Positions 45,840-55,301 of a DNA stretch of 64,000 nucleotides are shown here, in pieces. The notes beneath the pieces were generated by a model. The model was not told the origin of the DNA. It saw nothing but the letters and a program-made list of their open reading frames with translations, and did no database searches. The position numbers were made by a program, and so were the translations under genes. This stretch comes from Deltaproteobacteria bacterium (lineage in GTDB: Bacteria; Myxococcota; Kuafuiibacteriia; Kuafuiibacteriales; Kuafuiibacteriaceae), in the NCBI GenBank assembly GCA_040218735.1, contig JAVJQW010000038.1:64001-128000 (forward strand). Direction: 5' to 3'. The stretch's first letter is position 1. Each line of letters opens with the position of its first letter.

Positions 45840-46973
45840 ATGGCGATGAAGCGTATCCTCGTGGCTTGTGACGCGGGCGCGGCGGGGCGAGAGCTCCTGA
45901 CGCGACGTGACTTGGATCTGGGCTGGGCGCTGACGGCGAAGGAAGCCGAGGCCTGGATGAAGCACAAGACCCCCGACGTCGTCCTGACGCGCGAGGAGAT
46001 CGCGCCCCAGGTGCTCGACGCCGTGCGGAAGATGAAGCGCTCCCCCGCGTGTGTGGTGCTCCTCGATCCGGACGGCTGGGATCGCCGCGTCGGCTACTTC
46101 GACGGTGGTGCGACCGGGCTCGTCCAAGCGTCGAACCGCGCGCGCATCTTGGAGGCCGTGTCGAACCTCACCGGGCTCGCCTTTGCCTCGCACGCACGTG
46201 TTCCGTTTCGAGACGTCGTCGAGGTGACCTGGCGCCGCGAGACCCACCTGCTCGAGACCCGTGACCTGAGCACCTCGGGCGTCGCGGTGAGCGGGATGGA
46301 AGGGGCGGTCGTCGGCGAGCGGCTCCGCGTCGCGTTTGTCATGTCCGAGCCGCAGGTCGTGGTCGACGGTGTCATCGTTCGACGCATGCGCGAGGACGGC
46401 GAGCACGTCATCGGCGTGTCCTTTCTCGACGTCGACCAGCGCAGCTTCGCGGGCCTCGAGGCCATCATCGAGGCGGAGCTCGCCAAGCTCCCCGCGGTCC
46501 CGGAGCCGGTCGCGCTGACCTCCGACCTCGCCGGCACGTTCACGATCGATCTCAACACGATGATGGCGGCCCAACAGAAGCCCGAGCAGGGCTTCCGGGA
46601 GATGCTCGAGAACGTCGTCTCCCCGTCCGGCGAGTCCGAGCAGCGGCTGCCGCGGTGGCTGAAGCGCGTCGAGCATTCGTTGACCGGAATCGAGCGCGAG
46701 GCGCTCCTCACGCGCGAGCCGGCCTTCGCCAGCCAGGCGATCGACGCGCGCATCCGCATCGAGCGCGCGCGTTCGCGCGTCGATGGGCACGGCCCGACAC
46801 AGGACGACTGCAAGTCGGTGCTCGACATCTCCCGAAACCTCGCGAGCGACGCGGCCAGCGCCGACGCCAAGGTCCTCGCCGACGTGCCGAACATTCGCGC
46901 CGCGCTCTTGCTCGGCGTGTACGGCGCGACGCGGAGCGCGAACGAAGGCAGCAAGCTCCGCAAGGCCGGTTGA
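45840..46973 (+). CDS. Pseudo-receiver plus PilZ-like domain protein
   Basis: Receiver-like N-terminus lacking the phospho-Asp; RVPF..DLSTSGV..GVIVR..GVSF PilZ pattern. Confidence 0.6.
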   Translation: MAMKRILVACDAGAAGRELLTRRDLDLGWALTAKEAEAWMKHKTPDVVLTREEIAPQVLDAVRKMKRSPACVVLLDPDGWDRRVGYFDGGATGLVQASNRARILEAVSNLTGLAFASHARVPFRDVVEVTWRRETHLLETRDLSTSGVAVSGMEGAVVGERLRVAFVMSEPQVVVDGVIVRRMREDGEHVIGVSFLDVDQRSFAGLEAIIEAELAKLPAVPEPVALTSDLAGTFTIDLNTMMAAQQKPEQGFREMLENVVSPSGESEQRLPRWLKRVEHSLTGIEREALLTREPAFASQAIDARIRIERARSRVDGHGPTQDDCKSVLDISRNLASDAASADAKVLADVPNIRAALLLGVYGATRSANEGSKLRKAG

Positions 46974-47024
46974 CGAACTGGCCAGTTGCCGCGTGAGGAC
47001 CGTCGAGGCCTACTCGTGGCCGTC

Positions 47025-48536
47025 ATGGTCCGACGCGCCCTGGTCATTGCCTCCCTCCTCGCTTTGCCGGGCTCCGTCGCCGACGCGGCCGACGCCAAGC
47101 GGGTCGCGATCCTCTACTTCGACAACGACACGAAGGACGCGGAGCTCGACCTCCTCCGCAAGGGCATGGCCGACATGCTCATCACCGACCTCAGCGATCT
47201 CGACGGCGTGACCATCGTCGAGCGCGAGAAGCTCGAAGCGCTCCTCGCCGAACAGAAGCTCCAACGTTCCAAGTACTTCGATCCGAAGACCGCCGTGAAG
47301 TTGGGGCGAGGCGCGGGCGCGACGCACGCCGTGACCGGTGCGTTCAACGCCGTCGGCTCCAAGCTGCGCGTCGACGTGCGCCTCGTCGAGGTCGCGACCG
47401 GGAACGTCGTCGCCACGGAGAAGGTCGTCGGTCAGAAGAAGGCGTTCTTCACGCTGCAGCAGCGGCTCGCGGTCGCCTTCGCCTGTCGCCTCGCCGAGCA
47501 ACGCTGCGGTACGAAGCCGTCGGGCAAGGGCCCCAGCCTGGGCACCGTCCGAAAGTACGCGAAGGGCCTCGACCTCGCCGACTCCGGCAAGCTGAAGGAG
47601 GCGACGAAGACTCTCCAGGGGGTCGTGACCAGCGCGCCCAACTTCAAGCCGGCCGCCGAGACCTACCGGCGAATCATGAAGCAGCTGTACGCGGCGCGTT
47701 CCTCGCGGACCGACCAGCTCGGGGACGTACGCCAGAAGCTCCAGGCGAAGGTCGACGCCGTCGCGCGCGCCGATCGGCTGGGGCAGGCGAAGGGCATCGA
47801 CGAGGCGACCGTCGGCCGGTGGGTTGGCTACCGCGTGCTGGGCACGCAGCTCGTCCTGCAGCAGATCGACGCGCACTTCCGCGTGCTCGCGCAGGCGGGC
47901 GCTTCGGCCGACTCCGGCCAGGAGAAGTTCGCGAAGCTCGTCGAACGCTACCGAACGCAGGTCGATCGGCTCGCGACCGACGTCGAGAAGTACGCCGCGA
48001 AGCACCCCGGCTCCGGCCTCCCGGACTGCACGCTGGACGACGAGGACACTGCGCTCGGGAAGAAGCTCGGCCTCGGCGACGAGCCGGGTGTCGTGAGCTT
48101 CTATTCGCCGGTGCGGATGCGTCGTGACCTCGGCTCGTTCCTCACCACCGGGGAGGCGCCGTTCTGGGGGACGTTCCGCTTCTCCAAGGACATCAAGCTC
48201 TACACCGTCCACCGCATCGACTCCGGCGTGCGCGTGGGCGGCGCCATCGAGTACCGCGACGTGCCGCGCCCTCCGGTGGAGCGCCTCCACGACCGCTTCT
48301 CCAAGGCCGCGATCCGCCAGTTCGAAGCGGCCCTCGCCGGCGCCGCGAAGATGGAGGACGGCGACGATCGGCAGACCGCCACCATCGATGTGCTCGACGC
48401 CTACGCGAAGGGGCTCGTCGCGCTCCGCCGCCCGGTCGAGGCCGTCGCGCGCTGGCAGTCGATCCTCGAGCGGTACCCGAAGTACGAGTCCTACGACGAG
48501 GTCGAAGCGAAGATCCGGGCGGCGCTCGGCGAGTGA
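47025..48536 (+). CDS. CsgG/FlgO-like domain plus TPR-like secreted protein
   Basis: Signal peptide; VAILYFDN..GMADMLITDL..VEREKL..TAVKLG..VRLVEVATG. Confidence 0.7.
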   Translation: MVRRALVIASLLALPGSVADAADAKRVAILYFDNDTKDAELDLLRKGMADMLITDLSDLDGVTIVEREKLEALLAEQKLQRSKYFDPKTAVKLGRGAGATHAVTGAFNAVGSKLRVDVRLVEVATGNVVATEKVVGQKKAFFTLQQRLAVAFACRLAEQRCGTKPSGKGPSLGTVRKYAKGLDLADSGKLKEATKTLQGVVTSAPNFKPAAETYRRIMKQLYAARSSRTDQLGDVRQKLQAKVDAVARADRLGQAKGIDEATVGRWVGYRVLGTQLVLQQIDAHFRVLAQAGASADSGQEKFAKLVERYRTQVDRLATDVEKYAAKHPGSGLPDCTLDDEDTALGKKLGLGDEPGVVSFYSPVRMRRDLGSFLTTGEAPFWGTFRFSKDIKLYTVHRIDSGVRVGGAIEYRDVPRPPVERLHDRFSKAAIRQFEAALAGAAKMEDGDDRQTATIDVLDAYAKGLVALRRPVEAVARWQSILERYPKYESYDEVEAKIRAALGE

Positions 48537-48539
48537 GGC

Positions 48540-50102
48540 TCACCGCACCTCGTCGAACGTGAGGCCGTAGCGCGCGAGGTACTTGCGTAGACGATCGGCG
48601 TCGTTCGGGTTCGCCTTCGCCTTGCGCGACTCGGCGAACAACACCCGTCCCGCGGCCGACAGGGACGCCGCGCCCTTGCAGACCTTCATGACCTCCTCGA
48701 GCTGAACGCGGTCGAAGCGGTCGAGGGGGCGGTCCACCGGGAGCGCATCCGGAGCGGTCGCGCCCCAGGAGCGGGTGAGGCGCTCGATCTCGTCGTCCAC
48801 GGTGCGCGCGTCGATGCGGGCCTCGGGCGCGAGCGTCGCCATGCGCACGACGGCCGCGTTGAGGTCGCGGAAGTTCCTGCGCCAGGTCGCACGCTCCGCG
48901 CGCGCGAACGTGAGGAAGCGTCGCCGCGCTTCGCGGGTGAAGGTGACCATCTGGCCGTTGTCGTCCGTGAAGCGTTCCAGCTCGTAGTCGAGGTTCGGCT
49001 CGATGTCCTCGCGGCGGTCGGCGAGGCCCGGGAGCTCGAACGTCCACAGGTTGATGCGCGCGAGGAGGTCCTCGCGGAAGCGCCCCTCCTCGACGGCGCG
49101 CCCGAGGTCGCGGTTGGTGCCGGCGATCAGCCGGAAGTCACTCGACACCTCCGCGTCCGCGCCGACCGGGAGGAACCGACGCTCCTCCAACGCGCGGAGG
49201 AGCATCGCTTGTTCGTCGACCCCGAGCTCGCCGATCTCGTCGAGGAACAGCACGCCGCCGTCCGCGGAGCGCAGCAGGCCCGGCCGGTCTTCGATCGCGC
49301 CCGTGAACGCGCCGCGTTTGTGGCCGAAGAGCGCGGACATCGCGGCGTCGCCGCGGAGCGTCGCGCAGTTCACCTCGACGTACGCGCCACCGACTTTGCC
49401 GCGCCCCTGCACGAGCTCGTAGATGCGCCGCGCGAGCCGCGACTTACCGGCGCCGGTGGGGCCGGTGATCAGCATCGGCGCCGCCGACGCGAGCGCGACG
49501 CGTTCGATGCGGGCGATGAGCTCGTTGAAGGCGCGGTTCTTGGTCTGGATGCCGGACTTGAGGAAGGAGACCCCCTCCTCGTGCTCGCGCCGAAAGCGGC
49601 GCGCGATGCGGTCGTACTTCGACAGGTCGAGGTCGATCGTCGAGTAGTCACCCACCGGGTCTGCGCTGCGCCGCGACGGCGGCGACACCTGAACCAGCTC
49701 GCCCGGGACGTGGTGCGACTCCGTGAGGAGGAACCAACAGATCTGCGCCACGTGCGTGCCGGTGGTGACGTGCACGAGGTAGCGCTCGCGCTCCGGCCGG
49801 AAGTTGTACGCGCGGACGAAGTCGTGCAGCGCCGCGTAGACCTCTTCGAAGTCCCACGGGTTCTTCAGCGTGACTGGGTGGTGCCGGACCTCCGTCTGCG
49901 GCGAGACGTTGGCGATGTCCTTCGCGACCACGTTCGCGAGGCGGTCGTGGCGCGGATCCGAGATGAGCTCCAGGCGGTCCACGAGGAGATCCTCGTGGCG
50001 GCAGAGATCGACGGTCGGGCGCCACTTGTGCCAGCGCTTGCTGCTCGTGCCGCTGTCGAGCGTCGTGCCGAGCAATCCGAGGACGACGGTGCGCTTAGCC
50101 AT
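48540..50102 (-). CDS. rtcR: RNA repair sigma54 activator RtcR (CARF plus AAA+)
   Basis: RW.KWRPTV.LC, PWDFEEVY, HVTTGTHVAQIC, GPTGAGKS, GAFTGA, NDADRLRKYL. Confidence 0.96.
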   Translation of the reverse strand: MAKRTVVLGLLGTTLDSGTSSKRWHKWRPTVDLCRHEDLLVDRLELISDPRHDRLANVVAKDIANVSPQTEVRHHPVTLKNPWDFEEVYAALHDFVRAYNFRPERERYLVHVTTGTHVAQICWFLLTESHHVPGELVQVSPPSRRSADPVGDYSTIDLDLSKYDRIARRFRREHEEGVSFLKSGIQTKNRAFNELIARIERVALASAAPMLITGPTGAGKSRLARRIYELVQGRGKVGGAYVEVNCATLRGDAAMSALFGHKRGAFTGAIEDRPGLLRSADGGVLFLDEIGELGVDEQAMLLRALEERRFLPVGADAEVSSDFRLIAGTNRDLGRAVEEGRFREDLLARINLWTFELPGLADRREDIEPNLDYELERFTDDNGQMVTFTREARRRFLTFARAERATWRRNFRDLNAAVVRMATLAPEARIDARTVDDEIERLTRSWGATAPDALPVDRPLDRFDRVQLEEVMKVCKGAASLSAAGRVLFAESRKAKANPNDADRLRKYLARYGLTFDEVR

Positions 50103-50105
50103 GGC

Positions 50106-50121
50106 GATATTGATTTATATC
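50106..50121. promoter_or_regulatory. AT-rich inverted repeat, candidate RtcR binding site
   Basis: GATAT-N6-ATATC in the divergent rtcR/rtcB spacer, ~50 nt upstream of the -24 element. Confidence 0.5.
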
Positions 50122-50170
50122 ACCTGATAACCCGCGGCAAGGCGCGAGGACGGAGCGCACGCCTCCGCCG

Positions 50171-50187
50171 TTGGCACGGCAGCTGCT
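50171..50187 (+). promoter_or_regulatory. sigma54 promoter of rtcBA
   Basis: TTGGCACGGCAGCTGCT (GG-N10-GC) divergent from rtcR. Confidence 0.85.
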
Positions 50188-50202
50188 CTTGTCCAGGGCA
50201 TC

Positions 50203-51420
50203 ATGCCGAACATCATCAACGTCGAGTCCGGTCGCCCCATCAAGGCCTGGACGAAGGACCTCCCCATCGACGAGCGCGCCGAGAAGCAGCTCGTCCAGAC
50301 GGCGCAGCTGCCGTTCATCCACAAGTGGCTCGCGGTCATGCCCGACGTGCACGCCGGTCTCGGCGCGACGATCGGCTCTGTGATCCCGACCGACAAGGCG
50401 ATCGTCCCCGCGGCGGTCGGCGTCGACATCGGGTGCGGGATGATGGCGGTGGAGACGAGCCTGGTGGCGTCGGACCTGCCGGACTCGCTCAAGCCGGTCC
50501 GCCACGCGATCGAGCGGACCGTCCCGCACGGCCGCACGCACCGCGGTGGCCCCGGCGACCGCGGCGCGTTCTCGACGCTCCCGGCGACGCACGCCGCGGG
50601 GTGGACGACGCTCGAGGACGGGTGGGCGAAGATCGTCGAGAAGCACCCGAAGCTGAAGCGCGGAACGACCGAGAAGCACCTCGGTACGCTCGGTACCGGT
50701 AACCACTTCATCGAGGTGTGCCTCGACGAGCGTGGTCACGTCTGGGTGATGCTGCACTCGGGTTCGCGTGGCGTGGGTAACCGCGTCGGCCGCTACTTCA
50801 TCGAGCTCGCGAAGAAGGAGATGGAGCGGTGGATGATCCACCTGCCGAACCAGGACCTCGCGTACCTCGCGGAGGGGTCGCAGTACTTCGACGACTACGT
50901 CGAGGCGGTGTCCTGGGCGCAGGCGTTCGCACGGACGAACCGTGAGCTCATGATGGCGGCGACGCTCGACGCGATGCACCGCTGCCCCGAGCTCCCGGCG
51001 TTCACGACGGATCGGATGGCGGTGAACTGCCACCACAACTACGTCGAGCGCGAGCACCACTACGGGAAGAACGTATGGGTGACGCGTAAGGGCGCGGTGC
51101 GTGCGCGGCTCGGTGACCTCGGGATCATCCCCGGCTCGATGGGCGCGAAGTCGTTCATCGTCCGCGGTAAGGGGCACGAGGAGGCGTTCTGCTCGTGCTC
51201 GCACGGCGCGGGTCGTTTGATGTCGCGTACGGCGGCGAAGAAGCACTTCACGCTGGATGACCACGCGAAGGCGACCGAGGGCGTCGAGTGCCGCAAGGAC
51301 GCGGACGTCATCGACGAGACGCCGGGTGCGTACAAGCCGATCGAGAAGGTCATGGAGGCCCAGGCCGAGCTCGTCGACATCGTCCACACGCTGCGTCAGG
51401 TCGTTTGTGTGAAGGGTTGA
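50203..51420 (+). CDS. rtcB: RNA ligase RtcB
   Basis: MPDVH, GVDIGCG, GNHFIE, HSGSRG, HHNY, PGSMG, HGAGR. Confidence 0.97.
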   Translation: MPNIINVESGRPIKAWTKDLPIDERAEKQLVQTAQLPFIHKWLAVMPDVHAGLGATIGSVIPTDKAIVPAAVGVDIGCGMMAVETSLVASDLPDSLKPVRHAIERTVPHGRTHRGGPGDRGAFSTLPATHAAGWTTLEDGWAKIVEKHPKLKRGTTEKHLGTLGTGNHFIEVCLDERGHVWVMLHSGSRGVGNRVGRYFIELAKKEMERWMIHLPNQDLAYLAEGSQYFDDYVEAVSWAQAFARTNRELMMAATLDAMHRCPELPAFTTDRMAVNCHHNYVEREHHYGKNVWVTRKGAVRARLGDLGIIPGSMGAKSFIVRGKGHEEAFCSCSHGAGRLMSRTAAKKHFTLDDHAKATEGVECRKDADVIDETPGAYKPIEKVMEAQAELVDIVHTLRQVVCVKG

Positions 51421-51439
51421 GAGACCTTTTGCGGTTGTC

Positions 51440-51483
51440 GGGGGCGCTCCGGGTCGTACTACGGTGCGACCCGGGGCGCCCCC
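51440..51483 (+). other. 20-bp stem-loop with C(UACG)G tetraloop between rtcB and rtcA
   Basis: GGGGGCGCTCCGGGTCGTAC-TACG-GTGCGACCCGGGGCGCCCCC; the two non-Watson-Crick positions are G-U on the + strand; no U-tract follows. Confidence 0.8.
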
Positions 51484-51497
51484 CGGGGGAGAACGCC

Positions 51498-52514
51498 ATG
51501 AAGATCATCGACGGTTCACGCGGCGAGGGCGGCGGACAGATCCTCCGTTCCTCGATGGCCCTCGCCATCCTCACCCGGACCCCCATTCAGATCGTCAACA
51601 TCCGCGCGAAGCGCAGCAAGCCCGGGCTGATGCGTCAGCACCTCACGGCGGTGCGCGCCGCCGCCGAGATCTGCGGCGGCACGCTGTCGGGCGACCGGCT
51701 CGGCGCGCGCGAGATCGTCTTCGAGCCGGGCGACGTCCGTCCCGGCGACTACACCTTCACGATCGGGACGGCCGGCAGCGTCGGCCTCGTCTTCCAGACC
51801 GTGCTCTATCCGTTGCTCCTCGCGGACGGCCCGTCGCGGCTGACGCTCGAGGGCGGAACCCACAACAAGCAGGCGCCGCCGTACGACTTCTTGGTGAAGA
51901 CGTTCTTGCCGTTGCTCGCGAAGATGGGCGGCGACGTCGAGGTCACGCTCGACAAGCCGGGCTTCTATCCGGCGGGCGGCGGGCGGTATCACGTCGCGAT
52001 TCGGCCTTCGAAGCTCGGTCCGCTGGAGCTGATGGAGCGCGGCGAGGTCGGCGACGTCCGCGTGCGCGCGCTCGTCGCGAACCTCCCACTGTCGATCGCC
52101 AAGCGTGAGCTCGGGGTCGTTCAGAAGGTGCTCGGGCTCGACCGGGGTCAGACCCACCTCGAGGAGGTCGAAGGCTCCGACGGTCCCGGCAACGTGGTGT
52201 TCGTGGAGCTCGCCGCGGAGCACGTCACGGAGGTCGCGAGCGCCTACGGTGAGCGCGGCGTGCGCGCGGAGGCGGTCGCGAAGAAGGTCGCAAAGGAGGC
52301 GAAGCGGTACCTCGAGAACGGCGCGCCGGTCGGCGAGCACCTCGCGGACCAGCTCCTCCTCCCGCTCGCGCTCGGTGCGGGCGGTGTGTTCGTGAGCGGG
52401 CCGCTGTCGGAGCACAGCCTCACGAACATCGAGACCATCCGCATGTTCCTCGACGTCGACATCCAGACCCGCCCGGTCGGTGATCGCGTCGAGGTCCGCG
52501 TGATGCCCGGTTGA
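51498..52514 (+). CDS. rtcA: RNA 3'-terminal phosphate cyclase RtcA
   Basis: IDGSRGEGGGQILRS, PGLMRQH, GGTH, GFYPAGGG, GEHLADQLLLP; SD GGAG before ATG 51498. Confidence 0.96.
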   Translation: MKIIDGSRGEGGGQILRSSMALAILTRTPIQIVNIRAKRSKPGLMRQHLTAVRAAAEICGGTLSGDRLGAREIVFEPGDVRPGDYTFTIGTAGSVGLVFQTVLYPLLLADGPSRLTLEGGTHNKQAPPYDFLVKTFLPLLAKMGGDVEVTLDKPGFYPAGGGRYHVAIRPSKLGPLELMERGEVGDVRVRALVANLPLSIAKRELGVVQKVLGLDRGQTHLEEVEGSDGPGNVVFVELAAEHVTEVASAYGERGVRAEAVAKKVAKEAKRYLENGAPVGEHLADQLLLPLALGAGGVFVSGPLSEHSLTNIETIRMFLDVDIQTRPVGDRVEVRVMPG

Positions 52515-52545
52515 TCGAAAGCGCGCCGCGTCGCATCACGGCCGG

Positions 52546-54813
52546 ATGCGACGCGCGTGCCTCTTCCTCCTGCTCGGTTCCATCGCCTGCTCGGGTGAGT
52601 CGTCGCCGACCGGCCCGGACCACGAGGCCTTCTTCGAGCAGCGCACGCACGACGTCACGCACACGGACGTCCCGTTCGAGATCGACCGCCCCACCTGGTT
52701 CAGGACCCCCGAGGTGCTGGAGACGCTCGACGCGACCGCGATCGTCGCGGCTGGGACAGACGTCTACGTCGGGACCACCGACGGCATCTTCCGGCTCGGG
52801 GACTCCGGCGACGCGTTCGTGCGGGTCGCCGAAGGAAGCGTCGTCGACGCGCAGGCGAGCGGGGACTCCGCGTTCTTCGCGACGCGCTCCGAGGTCATCG
52901 AGCTGTCGGCGGGGACGGTCGAGGTGCGCACCGTCCCCACGGCGTCGATCGCGGCCTTCGCGATCGACGGCGACGACGTCTACATCGCCGAGCCCGGTCG
53001 TGTCGCGCGGGTGCGGTTCGTCGGGCAGGGCACCGAGCAGCTCGCCGTCGACACGGCGAGCGCTTCGCAGCTCGTGCTCGTGGGCGCGACGTTGTTCGGG
53101 CGTGTCGACGATCGTGTGGTTCGGTTCGACGAGGGGCCGCAGATCGATCTGTCGGACGTCCACACGATCGGAGCGGGTGAGGGCGACACCCTCCTCGTCG
53201 GCACCGCGGATCGACTGCTGCGTTACGGCGAGGACGGCCAAGAGCTCGAGTCGTGGTCCATCGGCGCCGACACCTTCCCCTCGACCGACTTCACCTCGAT
53301 CCACGAGCGCGGCGGCGTCCGCCTCGTCGGCCACACGATCGGCGCGACCGCGTTCTCGGCGGACGGCACCGACCACTACCACTCGAAACGTTGGATCCCG
53401 GCACAACGCGTCACCGCGGTCGCGCTCGGGCCCGATGGCGAGCGCTGGATCGCCACGCCCGAGGGCGTCACGCGGGTCGCGAACGTCACGACCACCCTCG
53501 CGCAGCGCGCGGCCGAGGACGAGCTTCGCGTCGACGGGCACTGGCGCATGGACGGCTTCGTGGACGACTCGATGGGGATGGCCGAACCCTACGACCTCGA
53601 CTCCGCGTTCACCGGCGACCACGACAACGACGGCCTGTGGACCGAGATGCAGATCGGCACGTGGTGTTACGCGTACGCGGCGACCGGCGACGAGGCGTTC
53701 TACACCAAGGCGCGCCGCGCGATGGACGTCATGTTCTTGCAGATCGACATCCCGGGGCAGGCGTTCGAGCGCGCCGGGATGAAGCGCGGATTCATCACGC
53801 GCTCGCTGGTCCGCGACGACGAGGGAGCAGTCTTCGAGGACAAGGTCCCGCGCGACAACTGGCACCTCGAGACCTACGCGGGGCGCGACTACTACTGGAA
53901 GGACGACACGAGCTCCGACGAGTACGCCGGCCACTACTTCGGCATCCCGATCTTCTATGACCTCTGCGCGAAGACCGACGACGAGCGGCAAGAGATCCGC
54001 GACCGCATCCGCCTCACCACGGACTACCTGATCGACGGCGACTACCTCCTGATCGACCTCGACGGTCAACCGACCACCCACGGCGACTGGAAGGACCTCG
54101 GCGTGGCCGCGAACGGCCTCGACGCATGCACCGACCAGCACGGCATCGACTACGCCGCGAAGTGCATCGAGTCGCGCCACGGCGGCGGGTGGCTCAACGG
54201 CGCCGAGATCCTCGGCCACCTCCTCGCCGCGTGGCACATCACCGGCGACAGCAAGTACTACGACGAGTACGAGCGCCTCTACACCGAGGAGGACTACGGG
54301 CGGATCGTGCAGACGATCGAGGACACGTTCACCGTCACGAAGCCCGCGTTTGCGAACCACTCGGACCACGAGCTCGCGATGCTCGCGTTCACGACGCTCA
54401 TCCGCTACGAGCCGGACCCGGAGCGTCGCAAGCGCTACGAGGAGAGCCTCCTGTTCTTCTACGAGTACGAGCGTGAGGAGCACAACCCGTGGCAGATCGC
54501 CGTCATCGGCACGGTGCACGCCGGGGACGTGGATCTCGCCGGTGCGATCGACACGCTGATGCACATGCCGCCGGATTGGCGCACGTGGCGCGTCGACAAC
54601 GAACACCGCCAAGACGCCGATCGCTGGCCGCGCGACCGCCACGACGAGCCGCAGTTCTCACGTGTCTTCCCGTACGACGAGATCCGCACGATGAAGTGGA
54701 ACGGCAGCCCGTACGTCGTCGCCAACGGGAGCGACCGTCCGCGGCTCCTCGCGCCGACGCCGTACCTGCTCGCGTACTGGATGCTGCGCTACTACGGGCT
54801 GATCGAGGGCTGA
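52546..54813 (+). CDS. Uncharacterised lipoprotein, beta-propeller plus putative alpha/alpha-barrel enzyme domain
   Basis: Lipobox SIAC; beta-repeat N-half; DNDGLWT, WKDDTSSDEYAGHYF, NHSDHELA, YLLAYWMLRY. Confidence 0.75.
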   Translation: MRRACLFLLLGSIACSGESSPTGPDHEAFFEQRTHDVTHTDVPFEIDRPTWFRTPEVLETLDATAIVAAGTDVYVGTTDGIFRLGDSGDAFVRVAEGSVVDAQASGDSAFFATRSEVIELSAGTVEVRTVPTASIAAFAIDGDDVYIAEPGRVARVRFVGQGTEQLAVDTASASQLVLVGATLFGRVDDRVVRFDEGPQIDLSDVHTIGAGEGDTLLVGTADRLLRYGEDGQELESWSIGADTFPSTDFTSIHERGGVRLVGHTIGATAFSADGTDHYHSKRWIPAQRVTAVALGPDGERWIATPEGVTRVANVTTTLAQRAAEDELRVDGHWRMDGFVDDSMGMAEPYDLDSAFTGDHDNDGLWTEMQIGTWCYAYAATGDEAFYTKARRAMDVMFLQIDIPGQAFERAGMKRGFITRSLVRDDEGAVFEDKVPRDNWHLETYAGRDYYWKDDTSSDEYAGHYFGIPIFYDLCAKTDDERQEIRDRIRLTTDYLIDGDYLLIDLDGQPTTHGDWKDLGVAANGLDACTDQHGIDYAAKCIESRHGGGWLNGAEILGHLLAAWHITGDSKYYDEYERLYTEEDYGRIVQTIEDTFTVTKPAFANHSDHELAMLAFTTLIRYEPDPERRKRYEESLLFFYEYEREEHNPWQIAVIGTVHAGDVDLAGAIDTLMHMPPDWRTWRVDNEHRQDADRWPRDRHDEPQFSRVFPYDEIRTMKWNGSPYVVANGSDRPRLLAPTPYLLAYWMLRYYGLIEG

Positions 54814-55301
54814 CGGGTGAGGGTGTCGGCGAGCTTGAGGAGCGTGGGCAGCCGGTGGGGCCCGTGCATCGAGCGCACGTGCGCCGCGGCTTCGTCGACC
54901 GGCATCCCCGCCGCCGTCACGTAGAGTGGGCGCTCACTTGTCCCGCGTAGGACCTCGACGGCGGGCGCGCCGCGGTACGGGTTCTTGGCGACGCCGATGA
55001 CGACGACATCGATCCCGTCCTTCCGCAAGCTAGCTTGCAGGTGCGCGCCTAGCCCCGGGCCGTCGCCGAGCTCGACGTGCCCGTCGACGATCACCACTTC
55101 GATGTTCGAGAAGAAGTCGAGCACCGCGCGGAGCGGCGGGAGCTCACGCAGGTAGAGCGACCCCGGCACGTAGGGCGCCACACGGCCGTACTCGATCACG
55201 GTGGTCTCGGCTGGTTCGGCGTCGGTGAACGCCGCGAAGCTCACGCCGGCGGCGCGGGCGTCGTCGTCGTCGTACGCGACGTCGACCGCGACGATCGTCA
55301 T
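54792..55301 (-). CDS. nfi: Endonuclease V
   Basis: AVDVAY, YVPG.LYLRELP, IVDG, IGVAK, RLP.LLKLAD; ATG 55301 overlaps the upstream stop. Confidence 0.85.
   Translation of the reverse strand: MTIVAVDVAYDDDDARAAGVSFAAFTDAEPAETTVIEYGRVAPYVPGSLYLRELPPLRAVLDFFSNIEVVIVDGHVELGDGPGLGAHLQASLRKDGIDVVVIGVAKNPYRGAPAVEVLRGTSERPLYVTAAGMPVDEAAAHVRSMHGPHRLPTLLKLADTLTRQPSISP

Noticed and set aside
51421-51497. tRNA or Y RNA between rtcB and rtcA
   Set aside because: Single hairpin only; no T-arm or cloverleaf, and no Ro/TROVE gene in the window.
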